In this document: positions 57,672 to 64,000 of the stretch, in pieces
How positions within the stretch are numbered: position 1 is the first letter of the stretch
How the letters are laid out: every line of letters begins with the position of its first letter
Assembly (NCBI GenBank): GCA_934130545.1
Contig: CAKOYD010000004.1
Location: 16,780-80,779 of the forward strand
Direction: 5' to 3'
Length of the DNA: 64,000 bases
From: an uncultured Bacilli bacterium
Lineage (GTDB): Bacteria; Bacillota_I; Bacilli_A; RF39; UBA660
Notes under the pieces: generated by a model
Seen by the model: the letters and a program-made list of their open reading frames with translations, nothing else
The model's database searches: none
Told to the model about the DNA's origin: nothing
Made by a program: the position numbers and the translations under genes

Positions 57672-59897
57672 TTACTCCTCATTATTATTCTCTAGTTTAA
57701 CTAATACTTCACGAGGTTTTGAACCATTTTGTGGTCCTATTATTCCTCTTTCTTCTAATAAGTCAATAATTCTAGCTGCTCTATTATATCCTAAACGATA
57801 CTTTCTTTGAATTAATGAAGCACTAATCTTACCTGTTCTAACAGCGAAATCAACTATTTCATTATATAGTGGATCATCATATTCATCACTAGATTCATAG
57901 TTATCATCACCTGCTGACCCACTACTAGATGAACTACCACGATCAATAGTCAATGATTCATCATAAATAGCCTTCTGTTGACTAATAGTATAATCAACTA
58001 TTGCTTGTATTTCTTCATCAGATACATAAGCACCTTGAATACGTGTTGGACTATTTGCTCCCATTGGTAAGAATAACATATCACCTTTACCTAACAGTTT
58101 TTCTGCACCACCAGCATCTAGTATTGTACGAGAATCAATTTGTGATGAAACTGCAAAAGATATACGAGATGGAATATTGGCCTTAACAACACCAGTAATT
58201 ACATCAGTCGAAGGTCTTTGTGTTGCAACAATCAAGTGAATACCTGCTGCACGAGCCATTTGTGTAATTCTCATAATAGAGTCCTCAACCTCTTTAGCCG
58301 CTACTAACATCAAATCAGCTAACTCATCAATAATAACAACTATATATGGTAATCTCTGATATTCAGGATTCTTCTCACAAAACTCATTATATGAAGTTAT
58401 ATTTTTATTCTTAGTAGCTTCAAACAAATCATATCTTCTTTCCATTTCTACAACAATATTCTTTAAAGCAATTGAAGCCTTTTTAGCATCCGTTACAACC
58501 GGTGCAAGTAGATGTGGTACTCCATTATACATTGAAAATTCAACTTTTTTAGGATCCACTAACACTAACTTTAACTCACTAGGTTTAGTACGCATAAGCA
58601 TTGAAGCAATAATACAGTTTATACATACTGATTTACCACTACCAGTTGAACCTGCTACTAGCATATGTGGAGTTGTATTAATTTCACAATATCTAACCTT
58701 ACCCATAATATCTTTACCAAGACCTACTGAAAGTAATGTCTTATCAGTTATTGCAGGCATATTAGAAAATACTTCTCTAAAACTAACCGGAGCATTAACC
58801 TTATTAGGAAGTTCTATACCAATAGTATTCTTCCCTGGAATAGGTGCCTGAATTCTAACATCCTTAGCAGCTAAAGCAAGTGCTATTTCTCTTTGAATAG
58901 ATAATAACTTACTAACCTTTGTCCCAGCCTTTAACTCTAATTCATATTGCGTAACTGTTGGTCCAATATTAACTTGTACTATCTTACCTGATATATCAAA
59001 TACCTTAAGTATTTCTTCTAACTTACTAATACAATTTTTAGCATTCACTTCATTTTCTTTACTACTAACATTCTTACTTGCTTTAAGTAAAGAAATAGGA
59101 GGTAATTTATAATCAGTATTAATTGGTACTTCCATCTCATTACTAGGAGGTAATACTACATCATCATTCTTAACAATAGGTACTTCCTTATTACTATTAC
59201 TACTAACTTCACTATCTTTAACCTTTGTAAGTTCATCTACTGAAGATATAACTATTCTCTTATCTTCCTTAACCTCATCAGGTTCATTCTTAACACTATC
59301 TCCACTAGATATTGGAACTTCACTCTTCTTCTCTTTTTTCGTCTTAAGTTTAATCTTAGATAATAACTTAGCAATTGAAGTATTAAAGAATAATACCACT
59401 CCAATAACAACCATTGTAACTAAAACAATATATACTCCATCTTTAAAAGATATATAAAATAAATAACCAAATAGTGCTCCTACCATACCACCACCACAAT
59501 TATCTATCATATCCGTATTCTTAAATGTCTTCATAATATTATCTAATGTTTCAGTAATAATTTCTTGCCCTTGTAATTCATTAACATACTTCATATGTAA
59601 AAGTACTAATAAAGCAATAACTAATACATATAACCCTATCATTCTACTATTTATTAAATCAGGAATCTTTCTCTTTAAAATAAGATAAATCCCAATACCT
59701 AATAAAAATACTAAAAATAAAGGATAAATAACCCCCACTAAAAAAACAGCAAATGATCTAATAAAATTCCCAGCTGGACCATATCCCCCAATTCCAATTA
59801 TCGAAAACAAAATTAGTAATACACCTACTACCTCATTACTATATTCAAATTTAGCACCATCTTTTTGTTTCTTTTGTTTCTTCTTTGCCATAATCAT
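57672..59897 (-). CDS. ftsK: DNA translocase FtsK/SpoIIIE
   Basis: N-terminal TM helices, low-complexity linker, motor domain with Walker A GSTGSGKS, C-terminal gamma (winged-helix) domain. Confidence 0.9.
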   Translation of the reverse strand: MIMAKKKQKKQKDGAKFEYSNEVVGVLLILFSIIGIGGYGPAGNFIRSFAVFLVGVIYPLFLVFLLGIGIYLILKRKIPDLINSRMIGLYVLVIALLVLLHMKYVNELQGQEIITETLDNIMKTFKNTDMIDNCGGGMVGALFGYLFYISFKDGVYIVLVTMVVIGVVLFFNTSIAKLLSKIKLKTKKEKKSEVPISSGDSVKNEPDEVKEDKRIVISSVDELTKVKDSEVSSNSNKEVPIVKNDDVVLPPSNEMEVPINTDYKLPPISLLKASKNVSSKENEVNAKNCISKLEEILKVFDISGKIVQVNIGPTVTQYELELKAGTKVSKLLSIQREIALALAAKDVRIQAPIPGKNTIGIELPNKVNAPVSFREVFSNMPAITDKTLLSVGLGKDIMGKVRYCEINTTPHMLVAGSTGSGKSVCINCIIASMLMRTKPSELKLVLVDPKKVEFSMYNGVPHLLAPVVTDAKKASIALKNIVVEMERRYDLFEATKNKNITSYNEFCEKNPEYQRLPYIVVIIDELADLMLVAAKEVEDSIMRITQMARAAGIHLIVATQRPSTDVITGVVKANIPSRISFAVSSQIDSRTILDAGGAEKLLGKGDMLFLPMGANSPTRIQGAYVSDEEIQAIVDYTISQQKAIYDESLTIDRGSSSSSGSAGDDNYESSDEYDDPLYNEIVDFAVRTGKISASLIQRKYRLGYNRAARIIDLLEERGIIGPQNGSKPREVLVKLENNNEE

Positions 59898-59946
59898 TCA
59901 CTTCCTACCATAAAAATTATATCAAATTACTAATTAAAAGTAAATA

Positions 59947-60894
59947 TTACCCCTTATTATAATTAGCAATATCTTTATTAATTATAAATAACTCTATCCC
60001 TAATCCTTTATCTATCTTGCCTGTCTTAATACCACTATCAAGATCAAATAAATAAGATAAGTAATTAGCTAACTCTTCTTTAGTATAACTATATATTTTA
60101 GGAATAGTCTTCTGTACTCTAAATGGATGAGCATCTATTTCTCTACTTATCCCATTTGCATCCATTCCCTTATCATATAAAGTCTTTACTTGTAATAAAA
60201 ATCTAAATTGATTAGCTAGTAAAGTAATAATAGATAATTCATCATACCCATTATTAATAAACTTACGATATAAACTAAGTGCTCTATCAGTATTTCCAAC
60301 AATAACTGCTTCTGAAAGTAAATATATCTCTTCTTCTATATTATCTATAGTAATCTCATTAACATCATTTCTATTAATTATTTTATCATCACTTTTATAT
60401 AAAAATATCTTATCTACTTCATTAGTAGCATTATCAATATTATTACCCACCCTACTAATAAAATAATCTAAAGTAGTACCATCTATCTTATATCCATTAC
60501 TCTGTATATAATTCTTTAAATAAGTCTTAATATAACCTTTATTATCACTAACATTAATAACTTCTCCAATAGTACTTAACTTCTTATATAATTTCTTTCT
60601 ACTATCTACCTTATCACCATTAACTACTAATACTAAATAATTATCCCTATTATAATTATCTAAATATTTAAGTAAATCATTATCGTCCATTTGAAAACTA
60701 AAATTATCACATACAATTAACTTATTCTTTTCAAACATTCCTACCATTGATAAATCATCTATAACATCTCTTAAAAGAAAATCATCAAGATTATATCTTA
60801 TCTCTTCCTTAATACCTAATTTATCTTTTATATCATTAATATATTTATTAGTAATACCTAAATCATTACCATATATTAAATAAAAATTTTTCAT
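59947..60894 (-). CDS. holA: DNA polymerase III delta subunit
   Basis: MKNFYLIYGNDLGI N-terminus and overall HolA-like length/pattern. Confidence 0.6.
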   Translation of the reverse strand: MKNFYLIYGNDLGITNKYINDIKDKLGIKEEIRYNLDDFLLRDVIDDLSMVGMFEKNKLIVCDNFSFQMDDNDLLKYLDNYNRDNYLVLVVNGDKVDSRKKLYKKLSTIGEVINVSDNKGYIKTYLKNYIQSNGYKIDGTTLDYFISRVGNNIDNATNEVDKIFLYKSDDKIINRNDVNEITIDNIEEEIYLLSEAVIVGNTDRALSLYRKFINNGYDELSIITLLANQFRFLLQVKTLYDKGMDANGISREIDAHPFRVQKTIPKIYSYTKEELANYLSYLFDLDSGIKTGKIDKGLGIELFIINKDIANYNKG

Positions 60895-60901
60895 CCTACC
60901 A

Positions 60902-61771
60902 CTACTCTTCTTCTACACACTCATATCCATTACTCTTATAGTATCCTACTACTTCATCATAAGATGTCATTAACTCATAATTTTCTATTGATTTACCACT
61001 ACTAGTATAAGTAAATATTAATTCATTATCATTAAACTTATAATCATCCATCCTATTTTCAGCCCATAAATTAGTATACTTAAAGCTATTATAATCACCC
61101 TTATTATAAAACTGATAACTAACATCATGACTTAAATATCTTAATTTTTTCTTTTGATCAAACTCTAAATATAACTTATCACTATATTTATATTCTTCTG
61201 ATTTTATACCATCATTTATCGTACAAAGAACCTTATCATATTGTTTCAAATACTTATCTTTATTAAAATAAATATATATTGCCCCCGCTAAAAGAAAAAG
61301 AAAAATAATAAGCATAAAATATAAAAAGCCTAATGATTCATTATTCTCTTCTTCACTAGCATCCACTACCTCTTTAGGAATAGTTAATTCATCTAACTTA
61401 ACTAAAAGATCATTCCCAACATTTTTATCATTATTTGAAATAATTTCTACCTCAGTCATATTACTAATATCAATCGCACTATATTCATTATCATTAACAT
61501 TACTAATAATTTTATTAACATAATCAAAAATAATATTCTCTTTATCTTGTTTAACATCAAAAATAACTATTGTATTACCTTTAATATAAACTGTGCCATA
61601 ACATAAAATACCACTCTGATAATCATTATTATCAGCATATATTATATAATTATCACTATATTTGACATGAGTAAAACAAGCAAATACTGAAACTCTTTTT
61701 TCCTTCTTATTAAAAGAAGCATTAATATCTTTTACTTTAAGTATCTTCCCTATCACATTTACCCACTCCAA
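60902..61771 (-). CDS. hypothetical single-pass membrane protein
   Basis: Central TM LGFLYFMLIIFLFLLAGAIYIYF; no domain. Confidence 0.3.
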   Translation of the reverse strand: MEWVNVIGKILKVKDINASFNKKEKRVSVFACFTHVKYSDNYIIYADNNDYQSGILCYGTVYIKGNTIVIFDVKQDKENIIFDYVNKIISNVNDNEYSAIDISNMTEVEIISNNDKNVGNDLLVKLDELTIPKEVVDASEEENNESLGFLYFMLIIFLFLLAGAIYIYFNKDKYLKQYDKVLCTINDGIKSEEYKYSDKLYLEFDQKKKLRYLSHDVSYQFYNKGDYNSFKYTNLWAENRMDDYKFNDNELIFTYTSSGKSIENYELMTSYDEVVGYYKSNGYECVEEE

Positions 61772-61867
61772 TTATATTTCTTCTACTTAATAATATCACA
61801 AAAACTAATTATAGACAAGCATATCATCATAAAAAAACATGCTCTTTTCTAAGCACATTTTTCTCTA

Positions 61868-62785
61868 TTATTCTTCATATCTAACTTCACTCATATAATT
61901 AAAACCACTTATAAATGAATCATCTGAATAATCTCTAACTCTATTAGTCATTACATCATTTATTGGTATTAAAGTATAATCTTTAAGTATTACATACTTA
62001 TAAGTAAATGTTAAAACATCATCATAATATTTAGTTAATAGATTAATCTTTACTGTAGTAGTAATTGTCTTATTTAAATCAGTATCAAAATAACTCATTA
62101 ATTCATAAAAACCTTTGTCAGTCTTTACTATTCTCTCATTATATATTCTAATAACTTTTTCTCCTTCATAATTACCACTAACCTTATCAATAGTGGGATA
62201 CTTATTATTAGAATTATATAATAATCTATATATAATATTATCTTTAACATAAACATAATTAGACATAAAATCATAATCTATTTTCTTACCAAGATACTCC
62301 ATAGAATATTCCCACTTTAAATAATCACTAAGTTTATAATCAGCATTTAAATACATATCATAACTATCTCTAACTTTATTATCCGTATTATTATCATGTA
62401 ATGTATATAAAGTATCTTTATCATCAAAGAACGCTATATCAGCACCCCAACTAGGTCTAATATTCATAACTTTAATATTACTAGGTATATCATATACTTT
62501 CTTATATTCAAAATTACCACTATCTAATAAACTAGGATTAAATATATAAATAGCATTATTACTAATAAAAGCATATTTATTAAAACAAGTATCTTCATTT
62601 AATATATCCCCATTAGTAACCTTATTATAAGCATAATCCTTATCTTTTTTAGTATTCTCCTTAGCTTCCTCCACTAATGTTTTAGAACTAATAACCCCAT
62701 TCTTATTTAGCATAAATATCAATAAAATAATTACCCCAATAACTAAAATACCAATACCTACATATAATAATTTCTTATTTTTCAT
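61868..62785 (-). CDS. hypothetical signal-anchored protein
   Basis: Start moved to MKNKKLLYV to avoid overlap; N-terminal TM; Asn/Tyr-rich. Confidence 0.3.
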   Translation of the reverse strand: MKNKKLLYVGIGILVIGVIILLIFMLNKNGVISSKTLVEEAKENTKKDKDYAYNKVTNGDILNEDTCFNKYAFISNNAIYIFNPSLLDSGNFEYKKVYDIPSNIKVMNIRPSWGADIAFFDDKDTLYTLHDNNTDNKVRDSYDMYLNADYKLSDYLKWEYSMEYLGKKIDYDFMSNYVYVKDNIIYRLLYNSNNKYPTIDKVSGNYEGEKVIRIYNERIVKTDKGFYELMSYFDTDLNKTITTTVKINLLTKYYDDVLTFTYKYVILKDYTLIPINDVMTNRVRDYSDDSFISGFNYMSEVRYEE

Positions 62786-62792
62786 ACCCCAC

Positions 62793-63884
62793 CTATTTTT
62801 CGATATAGCCGCTTGTCTTTTGTGTGTACATATCATCAGTTACCGTTTTATATCTCTTACCATCATAATCATCAGTAAACCCATTATAAGCTTTATAAAT
62901 ATCTCCTGTTTCAGTATCATATACTCTTTCATAACCAAGTATTGCATCACTTTGTTTTTGACTCATAATATCATAAGACTTATTTCTCTTCTCCCATGAA
63001 TCCATAATACCATCACTTATTTGATTACCTATTGCTCTAATTTGCTCAAAATTTTTCATAACAGCATCCTGCTCACTATTAAATCCAGTAATAAAAGTAT
63101 CACTAAACTCCAAAGAGGAAACAATAGTCCTTAATGTATCCTGCCAATCAATAAATTCATCTTTTGGCGTAGTAATAAAAATTGCATCATAAACATTTAA
63201 ATATTGTATATCTATCTGCTTTCCTGAAATTATATTCTCATAAACATAATATGTTCCAACATCATAAACATAAGCCGTAAATAAGCCTTCTCCTTCTTTA
63301 CCATTCTCATCTTTAAATGACGCTCTTAAAGTATCTCCACCAAGACTACCTTTACCTAGATTTTCACTCACAGTAAAATTATTTAATACTGGAAAAGTAA
63401 ATGCAGTTGTATTATTTAAAGTACCTAAATCATTAAATATTTTATAAAAGCCCTCAGTATCTTTAGTAGCAATTACACTTGCCTTAGCAAATATATTGTT
63501 TGGATAATACTTTTGTTGCCATGCTTTAGCTTCTTCTGACTTGTTATATCCCTCAGTCTTTAAATTAAAGAAAAATTGATAAAGAGGATTTTCTGGATTA
63601 TACATCTTAATCGTATAATGGATATAATCTCCCAGTGTATCTACTTTCCAACCTACCGGCTTCTTTATAGAAAAGTTCCCATTATTATAGTCTTCTAAAA
63701 CTACTTCACTCGCACTATTCTTAACAATCTTAACGTCTGTATTCAAACCAATACCTCCACCATCAATAACTTTAATAATATCGCAAGATACCCCTACTAA
63801 AACTAATACACCTACTACTATTAAAGTAATAAATAATGGCTTATTGGATTTTAATTTAACTAATTTATCTTTTAAATTTTTCAT
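62793..63884 (-). CDS. hypothetical signal-anchored protein
   Basis: N-terminal TM (LFITLIVVGVLVLVGV); no domain. Confidence 0.3.
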   Translation of the reverse strand: MKNLKDKLVKLKSNKPLFITLIVVGVLVLVGVSCDIIKVIDGGGIGLNTDVKIVKNSASEVVLEDYNNGNFSIKKPVGWKVDTLGDYIHYTIKMYNPENPLYQFFFNLKTEGYNKSEEAKAWQQKYYPNNIFAKASVIATKDTEGFYKIFNDLGTLNNTTAFTFPVLNNFTVSENLGKGSLGGDTLRASFKDENGKEGEGLFTAYVYDVGTYYVYENIISGKQIDIQYLNVYDAIFITTPKDEFIDWQDTLRTIVSSLEFSDTFITGFNSEQDAVMKNFEQIRAIGNQISDGIMDSWEKRNKSYDIMSQKQSDAILGYERVYDTETGDIYKAYNGFTDDYDGKRYKTVTDDMYTQKTSGYIEK

Positions 63885-64000
63885 ACTTCACTCCTTTTCA
63901 TTAGCTAATTATAGTATACTCTACCAACTAATATATATCAATTAATTTGCCGAATAAAACAATGTTTCTAATGACAAGTCCAATCTAAATATAGTATAAT

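Noticed and set aside
3961-58186. Numerous 60-180-aa antisense or overlapping ORFs in the six-frame track (for example 3961..4164, 4509..4697, 6757..6999, 7607..7789, 13625..13828, 21457..21804, 27008..27205, 27979..28272, 31874..32077, 36785..37219, 39188..39415, 42180..42419, 42621..42866, 44173..44358, 47675..48217, 51835..52020, 53381..53647, 54636..54818, 56874..57098, 57589..57810, 58001..58186)
   Set aside because: All lie antisense to, or inside, longer ORFs with clear homology or coding-like composition. AT-rich genomes generate many such shadow frames.

Overview
This is a very AT-rich (about 25% GC) chromosomal segment from a low-GC Gram-positive bacterium, probably a Clostridia-like member of the Bacillota, read with the standard genetic code.

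Most of the window is minus-strand housekeeping genes:
- central metabolism and proteolysis: ppdK, lon
- cell-division and wall genes: ftsQ/divIB-murB-murG
- a Bce-like ABC transporter with a two-component system
- translation and RNA turnover: yqeY-rpsU, smpB, rnr, ybeY
- DNA metabolism and cell division: xseAB-nusB, deoD, ftsK, holA
- others: tandem capA paralogs, an M16 peptidase pair.

Several accessory insertions sit among these:
- ~0.6-11.7 kb: an integrative-element-like island with a large serine recombinase. It carries a 5'-truncated HEXXH peptidase-like gene, a group II intron remnant, an ORF6N gene, an orphan 654-aa protein, an ASCH protein, a convergent MvaI/BcnI-type R-M pair, a dimeric-dUTPase-like gene, a ParB-like gene and an XRE regulator.
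- ~14.5-17.3 kb: an unusual sigma-70 locus. It holds a 699-aa protein built from two SigH-like modules plus repeated region-4.1-like 40-aa units, with ~130-bp near-identical DNA repeats and an adjacent frameshifted paralog.
- ~38-40 kb: a HipA-family kinase gene followed by a HipS-like/HIRAN fusion gene and a small HTH gene. It is bracketed by short tandem iteron-like repeat arrays and sits between a mecA-like gene and xseB.
- ~43.5-51.8 kb: a regulatory or unknown cluster with a second sigma-70, a DUF4116-like protein, hypotheticals, a LysR regulator, an orphan 569-aa protein and a membrane protein with a C-terminal receiver domain.

No rRNA, tRNA, tmRNA or CRISPR array was recognised. All functional calls rest on recalled family motifs and are not database-verified.
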